From NCBI RefSeq assembly GCF_036588685.1, contig NC_086376.1, positions 87,399,630-87,463,629 of the forward strand: a stretch of DNA of 64,000 nt, given 5' to 3'. This DNA comes from Mytilus trossulus. Its lineage: Eukaryota. Both the position numbers and the translations under genes were made by a program. Positions 1 through 13,337 of this stretch are shown here, piece after piece (positions within the stretch are counted from its first letter, which is position 1; the number at the start of each line of letters is the position of its first letter). Below the pieces are notes generated by a model. That model ran no database searches. It was not told the DNA's origin and worked only from the letters and a program-made list of their open reading frames with translations.

Positions 1-129
1 TATTATGAAGTGTAAAAAAAGTTCATGATATCTGTGATTTGGTTGAATTTTCTGTCATCTAACTAATTTATAGTCGTTGGGATATTTTGCAAGGAATGAT
101 TACTTAACAGCTAGTATAGGATAAATGAT

Positions 130-2845
130 GCATACAAACAACCTGGGAATAGGATAACTTATGTGTCAGCAATAACCTGTGGAAAGGATAACTTATGTGT
201 CAGCAATAACCTGTGGATAGGATAACTCATGTGTCAGTAACAATTTGTGGATAGGATAACTCGTGTGTCAGTAACAATTTGTGGATAGGATAACTCGTGT
301 GTCAGTAACAATTTGTGGATAGGATAACTCGTGTGTCAGTAACAATCTGTGGATAGGATAACTCATTTGTCAGTAACAACATGGGGATAGGATAACTTAT
401 GTGTCAGTAACAACCTGTGGATAGGATAACTTATGTGTCAGCAAAAACATGTGGATAAGATAACTCGTGTGTCAGTAACAATCTGTGGAAAGGATAACCG
501 ATGTGTCAGTAACAATTTGTGGATAGGATTACTCATGTGTCGGCAATAACCTGTGGATAGGATTACTCATGTGTCGGCAATAACCTGTGGATAGGATAAC
601 TCATCTGTCAGCAACAACCTGTGGATAGGATAACTCATGTGTCAGTAACAATCTGTGGATAGGATAACTCATGTTTCAGTAACAATCTGTGGAAAGGATA
701 ACTCATGTGTCAGTAAAGATCTGTGAATAGGATAACTCATGTGTCATCAACAACCTGAGGATAGATAGGTTAATCTAAAAGTTATCAAAAACCTGGGGAT
801 AAGTAAATTTATGTTTCAGCAACAATCTGTGGATAGGATAACTCATGTGTCAGCAACAACCTGTGGATAGGATAACTCATGTGTCAGCAAAAACCTGTGG
901 ATAGGATAACTCATGTGTCAGTAACAATTTGTGGATAGGATAACGCATGTGTCATTAACAATTTGTGGATAGGATAACTCATGTGTCAGTAACAATTTGT
1001 GGATAGGATAATTCATGTTTCAGTAACAATCTGTGGATAGGGTAACTCATGTGTCAGTAACAACCCGTGGATAGGATAACTCATGTGTCAGTAACAATCT
1101 GTGGATATGATTACTCATGTGTCAGCAACAACCTGAAGATAGGATAACTCATGTGTCATCAACAATCTGTGGATAGGATAACTCATGTGTCAGTAACAAT
1201 CTGTGGATATGATAACTCACGTGTCAGCAACAACCTGTGGATAGGATAACTCATGTGTCATCAACAATCTGTGGATAGGATAACTCATGTGTCAGTAACA
1301 ATCTGTGGATATGATAACTCATGTGTCAGCAACAACCTGTGGAAAGGATAACTCATGTGTCAGCAACAATCTGTGGATAGGATAACTCATGTGTTGGCAA
1401 TAACCTGTGGATAGGATAACTCATGTGTTAGCAACAACCTGTGGATAGGTTAACTCATGTGTCAGCAACAACCTTGGGATAGGTTAACTCATGTGTCAGC
1501 AAAAACCTGTGGATAGGATAACTCATGTGTCGGCAACAATCTGTGGATAGGATAACTCATGTGTCAGCAACAATCTGTGGATAGGATAACTCATGTGTCG
1601 GCAACAATCTGTGGATAGGATAACTCATGTGTCGGCAACAATCTGTGGATAGGATAACTCATGTGTCGGCAACAATCTGTGGATAGGATTACTCATGTGT
1701 CAGCAACAATCTGTGGATAGGTAACTCATGTGTCAGTAACAATCTGTGGATAGGATAACTCATGTGTCGGCAACAATCTGTGGATAGGATAACTCATGTG
1801 TCGGCAACAATCTGTGGATAGGATAACTCATGTGTCAGTAACAATATGTGGATAGGATAACTCATGTGTCGGCAACAACCTGTGGATAGGATAACTCATG
1901 TGTCGGCAACAATCTGTGGATAGGATAACTCATGTGTCAGTAACAATCAGTGGATAGGATAACTCATGTGTCAGCAAAAACCTGTGGATAGGATAACTCA
2001 TGTGTCAGTAACAATTTGTGGATAGGATAACTCATGTGTCAGTAACAATTTGTGGATAGGATAATTCATGTTTCAGTAACAATCTGTTGATAGGGTAACT
2101 CATGTGTCAGCAAAAACCTGTGGATAGGATAACTCATGTGTCAGCAAAAACCTGTGGATAGGATAACTCATGTGTCAGTAACCATTTGTGGATAGGATAA
2201 CTCATGTGTCAGTAACAACCTGTGGATAGGTTAACTCATGTGTCAGTAACAATCTGTGGATAGGATAACTAATTTGTCAGTAACAACATGGGGATAGGTA
2301 AACTTATGTGTCAGTAATAACCTGTGGATAGGATAACTCATTTGTCAGTAACAATCTGTGGATAGGATAACTAATTTGTCAGTAACAACATGGGGATAGG
2401 ATAACTCATGTGTCAGTAACAATCTGTGGATAGGATAACTTATGTATCGGCAACAACCTGTGGATAGGATAACTCATGTGTCGGCAACAAGCTGTGGATA
2501 GGATAACTCATGTGTCGGCAATAACCTGTGGATAGGATAACTCATGTGTCGGCAACAATCTGTGGATAGGATAACTCATGTGTCAGTAACAATTTGTGGA
2601 TAGGATAACTCATGTGTCAGTAACAATTTGTGGATAGGATAACTCATGTTTCGGCAATAACCTGTGGATAGGATAACTCATGTGTCGGCAACAATCTGTG
2701 GATAGGATAACTCATGTTTCGGCAATAACCTGATGATAGGATAACTCATGTGTCGGCAATAACCTGGGGTTTGAACAACTTATGTGTCATCAACAACCTG
2801 TGGATAGATAGGCTAACCTAAGTGTTTACAACAACCTGGGGACAA
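130..2845. repeat. 34-bp tandem satellite, about 80 copies
   Basis: Unit GGATAGGATAACTCATGTGTCAGTAACAATCTGT recurs at a 34-bp period (e.g. 181, 215). There are no unique spacers, and copies are degenerate at both ends and at about 750-830. Confidence 0.97.
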
Positions 2846-3276
2846 AATATTCCTCATCATCCGGCCTGCACATTACCTTGCGCATGCCGTAACCCCCAGT
2901 TTGCACACATATATATATTGTAGCAATTTGGTTATATCCATGGTATCGTATCGTCTAAATAAAACAATATTATGCATGGTTATGCATAGTTTTGTCTATA
3001 ATCTTTTTTTCTGGAGACTCCTTGTCATGAATTAGAGAGATCCATCTTTTGACGTGGTAGCTTTCTGGTTTATGGCAAGATTGCACTTTTCTCCCGATCT
3101 TATTTCCATGATATTACCAAGTCGAAGACTCTCCTGAGTCGTTTACAATAAGAAGAATCTTGACGAATGGATCATTAATAGGTCGTTTAATCTATAGATT
3201 TATCAGCGTACATGGTTTTAATGTTGTTGAAGTAAATTTATAGTAGTGGTTCTCCGATAGATCCACGTACGCTTTA

Positions 3277-3546
3277 GGGAGCTACCATTTGATTTTTATG
3301 GGGGGGGGGCTAATCTCTGTCCTGCCTTTTTATTTTTCACTCTATTCGGTCCTGCTTTTTTTTTTTTTTTTTAGTTTATCCTGACTTCTTAAACATAAAT
3401 CGTCATCCTGACTTTTTTTTTTGCAAGTGTCTCATCCTGCCTTTTTTTTTTTAACTCAAAACTCCTGTCCTGCCTATTTTTTCAAATTTCATCCTAGCCC
3501 CCGCACCCACCCACCCATCCCCCATAAAAATCAATTGGTAGCTCCC
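3277..3546. mobile_element. PIF/Harbinger (Tourist-like) MITE
   Basis: TIR GGGAGCTACCATTTGATTTTTATGGGGG / CCCCCATAAAAATCAATTGGTAGCTCCC, flanked on both sides by TTA (3274-3276, 3547-3549). Confidence 0.85.
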
Positions 3547-4544
3547 TTACTGCAATCGTGAAGATTTCTCGGAACATTTCCATGATTTGTTAAATTATTT
3601 TGTTTAGTCCTGGTGTTACATATAAGACTATATGGGTTTTTTTTAAACACACGTATACAGACCGCTATCATGATTTAGTCTACCCTAATTTCCTGGAAAA
3701 GTGATACTATTCTGCTGAAATATTGTTACCATGCAAAGATATCCGTACAAACAGACTTATTTCTAATTATTACAGATTGTTTTTATGTTTCACTATTTTT
3801 AAAAGAGTTCCTATATATATAATACGAAATTTAAGTCTGAATATTTAGATAAGTTTCTGTTTGTGTGATGTTTCGTTTACTCTAAAAGATACTCTCGTCA
3901 GATCAAGATATACATGTTGACAACTACTTAACTTATATTTATTGTGATATCACGATCCAGGAACCTTTTAATTTTAAACTATTTGTAAAGAGGAAGTAAG
4001 ATAAATTGGAAGACGATATTTACAAGTTACAAGGTTAGTTCCATTTTCATTATCTACCACGTGTGCAATAGTTATACAACTTTTAAAACTATTATTTTTA
4101 AAACTGCATGTATATGCCTGCTATTCTAATTTCAACATTCTTTACGAAAGGCATCGAAAATTGGTCACAAATTTTAAATGAACAGAGTTATTTGAATTTT
4201 CAATGATGAAAGAATTTAAAATTTGTGGTTACCGATGGACGGAAGAAAGTAACTACTTATTAAGTGCATGCATGTAGTGCCATACTCAGAACGACGGATA
4301 TAAGATAATAAACAAATGATGGTGAAGGAAAGGGGTTCGCAATGGTAAATTTAGACTGCTTCTGAAAAAGCGTTTGTATAGTAGGAGTGACATTTACAGT
4401 CGCGATGTAGTAGTTCCATGACACTTTCTTGGAATGTTCTAACCCTATGTTCAAAACACGCCACGGTGTTATCAATCTAGATGCGTATAGTGTTGTGAAC
4501 TTTGGTTTAGAAAAGAGAGACGAAAAACACCCATAGGACATCCA

Positions 4545-4706
4545 AGCTTAAAGGTCGAGAATAAACTGACAACGCCATGGCTCACAAAAAAGACAAACAG
4601 ACAAACAACAGTACACAAAAACCATCATTGAAAACTAAAGATTAAGCAACACTTACCCCAGCAGAAAACTGGGAGTTAGGGTTCTCAGGTGCCCCAGAAG
4701 AGTAAT
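4545..4706 (-). mobile_element. Short dispersed repeat matching the 3' tail of the Penelope-like element
   Basis: The reverse complement resembles 47500-47640 (ccggagcacctgag...gtgttgcttagtctttagttt). Confidence 0.6.
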
Positions 4707-4911
4707 CTGATTATGTTCTTTTCGATATTTTGAAAGAATGTAACTACATAAGTACATGTTCTTATCATAATTAGCAGGACGAATATAAGTTAGTAAAACA
4801 TGCTGGTGAGGGAGAAAGGTGCGCCATGGTAAATGTATACGGTAACTGCAAAGCGTTTGTACTACACCGTGTAAGAAACTCACACCAGTTTCAAAACACT
4901 CCCTTATTGAA

Positions 4912-5230
4912 ATAAGAATATGTGGTATATAACAAATGAGTCAACTTTTCACCATAGTCCGAATGAAGTTCAATGTTTGCAACTTTATACCAACGTATTG
5001 GCGTCAAAAACAAGCAAAGTCCGAACCGTATAGTCCGCTATAAAAAAAATAGACCAGATACAACCAGTTTTGAAACATTTCAAACCAGCAGCCTGTTTAA
5101 AGACAAAACAATAAATGTTAAACAAAAATGACAGAAGGTAACCGTTAACAAAAACAGATTGTCCAGGCCTACTTAGGGACTGGTATATATAAAGAGTGAG
5201 GTAGGATTAAACATACGCGTGTTTGTGAGA
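4912..5230. mobile_element. Dispersed SINE-like repeat, 'aagatgtggtatgattgccaatgagacaac' family (diverged copy)
   Basis: Similar to copies at 17605-17730, 20555-20730 (reverse), 26975-27310, 35935-36033 and 55735-55890. Confidence 0.55.
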
Positions 5231-5355
5231 GCTAACTGACTATCCCCTATACATAGTAACAATTCAACACAATGTCATACAAACAGTGACTTTTGTACTA
5301 TGAAATTTTAATAGTCAAAAAGAAATATTGGAAAATCTTTTAACTGTTCAGCTTT

Positions 5356-5559
5356 AAGGACGACATCAAAATTTTAATGTAGGAAAGATGGTTAAAGTCC
5401 AAACTTATGTTAGGGCCGAAAATAAATCCATATTTTTCCATCTGAAAATCGCTGTCGAATAAACAAAACTTGCAGCAATTTTTATCCCCCCCCCCCCCTT
5501 CCACCAAGCTATTTGAATTAAATTTTTTATCCTACATTGATCTTTTGATGTCGTCCCTT
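5356..5559. mobile_element. MITE with about 28-bp imperfect TIRs
   Basis: AAGGACGACATCAAAA..AATGTAGGA vs TCCTACATT..TTTTGATGTCGTCCCTT. Confidence 0.65.
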
Positions 5560-6187
5560 CGTGATAGTTTTTAACTACGCATCTTTCTACACCCGATATA
5601 TTCCAAATGTAAGTCGAAAAATAATATTTAATTAATTAATTAAAATCTCCTACGTAGCGACCAAGCATAAAAAACAGCGAGAGCCGGGAGATTCAAATTC
5701 AATATTAAAAACTTATCAACCAAGTTTTTACATAAGCATTCAGGACAAGAAGGTATTATATAGTGCATACATTCATGACACAAAAGGCCCACAAAGTGTC
5801 GTTAAGAACTATTAACAATGCTACATCTGTAGATGAAATTACATAATAATGTCATCATTGTCATTTAAAAGTCATTTATATTTCCGAATATATTATAATT
5901 ATGTAATTCACCTTTTCTGTATAACAAAGCACTATGTTTCACTTAACACGACATTGGCTTTCAGGACGTCCGATTGTTTCTATCTACTCGTTCTTGTTTT
6001 AGTGGTATATGGGTCATTAAAAATATCGAATTTTCCGGCTGAACATGTTTGTTAAAAAATCATTTTCCAGGAAAACTGTAATAAACTAGTATAGTAATTT
6101 TTTTGAATGGAATTTTCTATAGCTTTTAACACAACTAACATCTTTATTGGTGAAATTTTAAAAAAAATTAACAAACTGAACGAATTC

Positions 6188-7156
6188 AATAGAGAGCTGC
6201 GCTATAAGCGCATGATACGCCCGTTGTCTTTTTAGCTTGTCTTTATGCTTTTAATGATTTTTTTCAACGAATAATTTTCCTTGGCCGTTTCTGACATTTT
6301 TTTTCAAGAAGAAAAATTCCACAACTGTACAACATCAATTCTGAAATTATTTAAAAAACAAAAGGGTACCTAGTTCAATAGATATATACAAGTCACCATA
6401 GTTTCATCATAAATTGCTGAAAGCTTTTTGATTTATTATCCGTAAAACTGGGGGGAAAACTCATTAAAAATAAGACTGCATAACACCAAAAATGTAAAAT
6501 CTGAAATTTATACAAATCAAAAGGGATCTTACATGAATAGATATAAACAATTCACCATAGTTCATAAAAGTTGGTAAAAGTGTTATTGTCCAAACACTGG
6601 AAAAATCCCCATTGTTTAAGTATAAAAATTCATAACTTAAATTCGTGAAATCTTAAATTTATAAAAAATTAAAGGTATCTTAAGTCAACAGAGATAAGCT
6701 ATTCACCAAAGTTTCATAAAATTTTGGGAAAGTGTTTATTCGAGTGATTGTCCGAAAACGGGAAAATCATCGGCCGCCTTTTTTTAAGCATAACAATTAT
6801 AAGTCATAACATGGAAACGTAGAATTTGAAATTTATAATAATCGAAAGGGAACATACGTCAATTAATATAAACAATTCACCAAAGTTTCATTAAAGTTGA
6901 TGGAAGCATTTTCAGTTATTGTCCGAAAACGGGAAATCCCCCCTTTAAAGGATAAAACTTCATTTATGATGATGACATCATCGGGAAACGAAATTTATAA
7001 AAATCGAAAGGTTACGTCAATAGATATAAACAATTCAACAAAGTTTCTTAAAAGTTGGCGGAAACGTTTTTTTTTAGTAATTGTCCGACGTGTGTGCGAC
7101 GGACGGACGTACAATGGTGTACCATAATACGTCCCGTCTTAGACGGGCGTATAAAA
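6188..7156 (-). mobile_element. Non-autonomous Helentron-type (HINE/DINE-like) element with internal 155-170-bp tandem repeats
   Basis: Subterminal IR ATACGCCCGT (6215) / ACGGGCGTAT (7143), hairpin TGCGCT-ATA-AGCGCA, GACG microsatellite, and repeated core ACAATTCACCA.AGTTTCAT. Confidence 0.8.
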
Positions 7157-8548
7157 TGTATGTGAATATATGTGGTTTACACATAAAAAAATATATGATT
7201 ATTTGAACTCAATTGAAGGTTGTAAACCATCTTTGCACTTTAGCTCAAACAGAGACATATATCTCTGCATGGCTCAAACAACTTATAATACAATTTTGAT
7301 ACGGCTTTGGATAACAGGATATACAAAACTACTGAATTTTGTAATATACGACCGTAACCGTACGTTTATGTTACCAAAAAAAAAAATAGGATAAAATTAA
7401 AACTGTGTGATATGTGAGGGAAGTTATTAATGTTGTGTTCAAGTTAAAGAGAGATTTTTTTTTATGATAACCGCTTTATTGCTCCAGGAAAAACAAGTCT
7501 AACATATAATCAACATGTTTGGGTACTATAGCCAAAAATCAGTCCTTTAAAAAATGACAAGCAATTGATAAATGTAAACTTCTTATGGACAAATTATAGA
7601 AATTTCTTAAGATAAAAGTATACGTACAGAAGTTTTATAATAAAAACTAGCCATTTAGTTATAAAAAAAATCTACGCATTTTTTTTTAATTTGAAGTTTC
7701 ATATGACTTCAACAACTATCTTTACAAATTTTACAACTATTAACTAAGCAATGACGGTAAAATGGTAAAAATTATGCTCCGCCTCGTGTCCTTTGGTTTC
7801 AAATACAATTTCTTAAAACACTATTGTATCTGAAAGATGCATGTTATGTATATAATGATGGTAATATACGTATAATCTTATTCGTTGAACAGTATGATTC
7901 ATTTATTATTTTAGGCTCGACGGTACTTTATATCCGCCCCTTTCTATCAGTATATAATAAAGAAGATTATTGGTATTTAGCTAAATTATAAAAGTGGTTC
8001 AATAATTATCTCCCTTGATCAAAAATATCAACACGGAAGAAGCTGAGCGTAAATAGTACAAACTGATGTTATCTGCTTGTTTAAAAGTAACATGCTATTT
8101 TTTGATACAATGATAAACTTAATTTCGCATCTAAATAATTTTAAATGAATATTTAGTCGTAATGTATGTATAACAATGCCACCTGTAGATTTTACTAATT
8201 GGGGCACCTGTCACCAAGCTTGTTGATGAGACTGACTGGATGACTCATCTAATCACTTAATTGAAACATTAAATTAATGGCGTAAATAATTGTATGACAT
8301 GACAAATGCAAATCACAATGGTCTAATGAGTTATCTCATATTCATTGACTAATGAAGTATTATTTTATTGGTAATAAACTGTACAGCCACTTCACTGCCT
8401 GCTGCAGGTACTCAAACAGGTTTGGCATAGAATTATAACATTTAAATTTAACTTCCTATAGTCTAAAGTGAGGGATGAATATAAGTTTTTTTCTAATTAA
8501 AACATGTCCTTTTTTTCTTGAAATGGTGTGTATACATTTATACATTTA

Positions 8549-8747
8549 GGCAGCAACCATTTGATTTTTTTCTTTCAATTTTAGCATTACATATAGTGGC
8601 AGCTAAGGGTGAAACAAACAATTTTTTTTCTCAGGGTCAAAAACAAATTATTTTTTTCACCAAAAACCATTGAAAACTGGAAACAAACTTTTTTTTCCAA
8701 AAAAAAACATAGCCTCCCCCCCCACAGAAAATCAAATGGTTGCTGCC
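8549..8747. mobile_element. PIF/Harbinger-type MITE
   Basis: TIR GGCAGCAACCATTTGATTTT / AAAATCAAATGGTTGCTGCC with TTA on both flanks. The TIR is related to that of 3277-3546. Confidence 0.85.
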
Positions 8748-8813
8748 TTATGTTTGAATCAGTGACGACTTCACAACAGATTTTATCCATCAGATCACCA
8801 GCAGTGATGGTGA

Positions 8814-10919
8814 TACAAGGCTAAAAATATATTTGTAGAGTCTTCACTGGTTCAGATGTATTTATAATATTATTATTTCTGTGACTTCATTTTACATTAA
8901 TTTGTAAGATCCTTACAATACATGTAGATAATTCAGCTGATCTGTAACAATTCCATATTCATGCCTTATATAATTATCATGAACAGTGTTACATGTATGC
9001 TATATGTAGATTAAAATTGATGAGGAAAGGTATCACCCGGCCACCGATTTAAGCTTGGGATTTCAGGATTGACCCTTTTGTGATTCTGAAATCTATTTTC
9101 AAACTTAAAGAAGTCAGGATTTCATGTTTTTCAGCTCGGTATTTCGAGATCAGGACCCCTCTGACCCCCCCCCCCCCCTCATGTTTCCCCCTTCTATCAG
9201 ATAATCAGACATGCATCACATGGTACATTGTATATCTTCAATTCATACATGTACTATTTTAAAATGATAGAATTAAACATTCTTTTCTGAACACTAATTC
9301 TTCCACATTGGCACAAGATGCCTTCCTTATCTTAATCCTTATATTACAAGGCTAAAAATATATTTGTAGAGTCTTCACTGGTTCAGATGTATTTATAATA
9401 TTATTATTTCTGTGACTACATTTTACATTAATTTGTAAGATCCTTACAATACATGTAGATAATTCAGCTGATCTGTAACAATTCCATATTCATGCCTTAT
9501 ATAATTTATCATGAACAGTGTTACATGTATGCTACATGTAGATTAAAATTGATGAGGAAAGGTATCACCCGGCCACCGATTTAAGCTTGGGATTTCAGGA
9601 TTGACCCTTTTGTGATTCTGAAATCTATTTTCAAACTTAAAGAAGTCAGGATTTCATGTTTTTCAGCTCGGTATTTCGGGATCAGGACCCCTCTGACCCC
9701 CCCTCATGTATCCCCCTTCTATCAGATAATCAGACATGCATCACATGGTACATTGTATATCTTCAATTCATACATGTACTATTTTAAAATGATAGAATTA
9801 AACATTCTTTTCTGAACACTAATTCTTCCACATTGGCACAAGATGCCTTCCTTATCTTAATCCTTATATTACAAGGCTAAAAATATATTTGTAGAGTCTT
9901 CACTGGTTCAGATGTATTTATAATATTATTATTTCTGTGACTACATTTTACATTAATTTGTAAGATCCTTACAATACATGTAGATAATTCAGCTGATCTG
10001 TAACAATTCCATATTCATGCCTTATATAATTTATCATGAACAGTGTTACATGTATGCTACATGTAGATTAAAATTGATGAGGAAAGGTATCACCCGGCCA
10101 CCGATTTAAGCTTGGGATTTCAGGATTGACCCTTTTGTGATTCTGAAATCTATTTTCAAACTTAAAGAAGTCAGGATTTCATGTTTTTCAGCTCGGTATT
10201 TCGGGATCAGGACCCCTCTGACCCCCCCTCATGTATCCCCCTTCTATCAGATAATCAGACATGCATCACATGGTACATTGTATATCTTCAATTCATACAT
10301 GTACTATTTTAAAATGATAGAATTAAACATTCTTTTCTGAACACTAATTCTTCCACATTGGCACAAGATGCCTTCCTTATCTTAATCCTTATATTACAAG
10401 GCTAAAAATATATTTGTAGAGTCTTCACTGGTTCAGATGTATTTATAATATTATTATTTCTGTGACTACATTTTACATTAATTTGTAAGATCCTTACAAT
10501 ACATGTAGATAATTCAGCTGATCTGTAACAATTCCATATTCATGCCTTATATAATTTATCATGAACAGTGTTACATGTATGCTACATGTAGATTAAAATT
10601 GATGAGGAAAGGTATCACCCGGCCACCGATTTAAGCTTGGGATTTCAGGATTGACCCTTTTGTGATTCTGAAATCTATTTTCAAACTTAAAGAAGTCAGG
10701 ATTTCATGTTTTTCAGCTCGGTATTTCGAGATCAGGACCCCTCTGACCCCCCCCCCCCCCCTCATGTATCCCCCTTCTATCAGATAATCAGACATGCATC
10801 ACATGGTACATTGTATATCTTCAATTCATACATGTACTATTTTAAAATGATAGAATTAAACATTCTTTTCTGAACACTAATTCTTCCACATTGGCACAAG
10901 ACGCCTTCCTTATCTTAAT
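8814..10919. repeat. Near-identical 525-531-bp tandem repeat, 4 copies
   Basis: Units start TACAAGGCTAAAAATATATTTG at 8814, 9345, 9870 and 10395. Confidence 0.97.
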
Positions 10920-11055
10920 TTATTAGTAAGCACAACACAACATGGAAGTTTATTTACTATTATGAAACAGAAAGTGATACATTTTAGCATATCTTGCATG
11001 TTTAACCTCAAAGAAATACAAATGTACCAAAACTATTCATTTAGTTTTAAAAAGT

Positions 11056-11451
11056 AATAGACCACTTTCGAGTTCATCCGTCACCGGCAAAAACTCGTCA
11101 ATTATGCACGCCTTTATGACGTCATTTAACAGATAGAGGGGCTCGCCTGTATCCCTGCACTATTTACGTTCATCAAGCGTCTTAGTGATCGTCTTTGTGC
11201 AGGATAAACTAGAAATAATGGTTGCTCTGTAGGTACTTACTGACAATTCCCTAATGACAGCAGTGTTGATTGTCAATTTTGAGAATTCAATTTGCCGAAT
11301 AATTCGTACAATATAGAATTATAGTTTTCCAACCACTCGCTCAACATTGAAAGGAAGTGACGATGCCCCTAAACGCACAAATGACGGTGATAAAGGCGCG
11401 TATAATTGACGAGTTTTTTCCGGTGACGGATGAACTCGAAAGTGGTCTATT
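11056..11451. mobile_element. Non-autonomous DNA transposon with about 60-bp TIRs
   Basis: AATAGACCACTTTCGAGTTCATCCGTCACCGG... vs ...CCGGTGACGGATGAACTCGAAAGTGGTCTATT. No clear TSD, so superfamily not assigned. Confidence 0.85.
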
Positions 11452-11570
11452 GAACACCAGGGATGTCTGTTGTAATACATGTAATAGTGATAAAAATGTA
11501 ATTTTTTTCCTTTCAAAGTTTAGAATATGGAAATATTTTCATTTAAGTATAAGCATGATAAGGTACGTAC

Positions 11571-12422
11571 CAGGGTTTCCGCTGGCGGTCGACATTTTCG
11601 CAATTTGCGAAAAAATAATAATTGTGGCGATTAAAATTCGTCATTGGCGAAAGAATTTGGCGAAAGAAATATATATATCGATTTTATTTTCAGCCATCTT
11701 GTTTATTTACTTTTTTTCGAGTTTCTCTGACTTTACCGATCAGACAATACTCAGAATTCACCTTGAACTCGTTAAGATTTTGACAGAAAAGCAATAATCA
11801 GCTAATGCATTTATAGCTATGGTCAGCTACCGACTTCAGATGACTAAATAATAAAGGTGTTGAATGTATGATTTGGTTAAATGGCTTCATGCCACAAAAG
11901 GGATTTATAACCGCGTTGCGACGCACGTGTAAGAAGCAAAAATTTTGCGCTTCCTCTCCTTCTTTTAATGATATTCCAAAAAAAGAAAACTGTTGTTATG
12001 ACGAAAAATGTTCAAGAGCAAAGAAGGTCTCTGATTTAAAACTTTATCATTTAAATTTCATATAGATCTTTGATTTGAGTGGGTACTTTAAAGTCGATTC
12101 AGTGACACACGTGTTTCAAGCATATAGTTTGACTTTTTTACGATGGTCTAGAAGTAGAAAAGAAAACTGTCGTTATGAAGAAATCTATTCAAAAGGTTGG
12201 CATGAGTTACCCTTCAATGTAATGACTTCACCTTGCACGAAGGATCAACTTCAAGTGATAAGGTGTTTTGTTTTGTTGGGGGAGGGGGGCTCGAAAAAAA
12301 GTAGAATTTAAAAAAAAAAATATTTTTGTGTTACTTGGCGAAAAAAATTATAAAGTGGCGAAAAATATATTGTTTTGGCGAAAGAGGTGGCGAAAAAAAT
12401 AATTCACCCAGGGGAAACCCTG
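11571..12422. mobile_element. Non-autonomous hAT element
   Basis: TIR CAGGGTTTCC / GGAAACCCTG, perfect 8-bp TSD GTACGTAC (11563-11570, 12423-12430), and subterminal TGGCGA motifs. Confidence 0.9.
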
Positions 12423-12460
12423 GTACGTACTGTACATGTATTTATTTTCAATTTTTCATA

Positions 12461-12705
12461 GGGGCCTCAGTGGCCAAGTTGTCTAAGCAGTTCTTTTATT
12501 GTAATTACTAGCAAGTCAACACTGAGGTTGTGAGTTCAAACTCTGCTCGTGCAGGTGCACTCAACTTCAATCTTAATTGACTAGAATTGTAAGTTTTCCT
12601 ATTGTAGGTCAGTTGTTTTTTCCACCCATAAAAACTTACTGCCACAAAATAGCCCAAAGTGGCACTTAAAATTGATGATCAAACACCAACAATCAACCAA
12701 TCAAA
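12461..12705 (+). mobile_element. tRNA-derived SINE
   Basis: GGGGCCTCAGTGGCC head, A-box-like TGGCCAAGTTG, B-box-like GTTCAAAC and (AATC)n-like tail. A second diverged copy lies at about 44890-45120. Confidence 0.7.
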
Positions 12706-13337
12706 TTTTTTCATAGATGGTAGAAATGGCAATTGATCTGTAGTTTATCAGGTGCATGTTTTAATTAAATAAGTTGATAATTTGTTTAAAAGCAAATACT
12801 TACAAATACAATCTATATGCATGATTAGGGACAATAAGTTTGTTTAAGGATTTAAGGAAACTGAAGCAATAAGTTAATGAACCTGTACATGTACAGATGA
12901 TTTTTGACACATGCTTGCAGAGTACATATATTTCCTGTATTGGTCTTTGATAATAGTTTAATTACTGTTAGTCAAACATGATAGTTTTGACATGGGGAAA
13001 ATAGAGGCACCATGAGTAAGATAAACAACTGTTGCCATTTGAAGTAAAAAATCTACATGTAACTTTGTGACGGTGGTCATGGTGGTGAAAGCTAATGCAA
13101 TCCCTGCTTCTTTAAATTAAACTTGTCAGATTAAAATATTTATTTTCAAGGTACAAAATTTAATGAATTATTTCACCTTATGCTTCTAAAAATATTTACT
13201 TGCATGTATACATTTTTTGTTATACTTTACCGGTATCATTGGTTTATGACAATTTTTTTTACAACCACTGAAATCCTTATAAAGTTTTGTGCGGTCAAAC
13301 ATGTCTAAAGCATTAAATCTTTCATCTTGAGTACAAT

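Noticed and set aside
130-2845. CRISPR-like periodicity in the 34-bp array (and the 55-bp array)
   Set aside because: Head-to-tail units with no unique spacers, no cas genes, and a eukaryotic context.
4260-4900. Diverged local duplication (about 4290-4460 vs 4770-4900) with minus-strand ORFs
   Set aside because: Frames are not conserved between the copies, so it is probably decayed repeat sequence.
9080-10340. Three repeated 60-67 aa ORFs (MILKSIFK...)
   Set aside because: By-products of the 525-bp repeat. They start at GTG and the frame changes with poly-C length.
11357-12511. 146-aa and neighbouring ORFs
   Set aside because: They run across two unrelated MITE boundaries and have no recognisable domain.
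12461-12550. tRNA gene
   Set aside because: No complete cloverleaf, and it continues into a SINE body seen again at about 44890.
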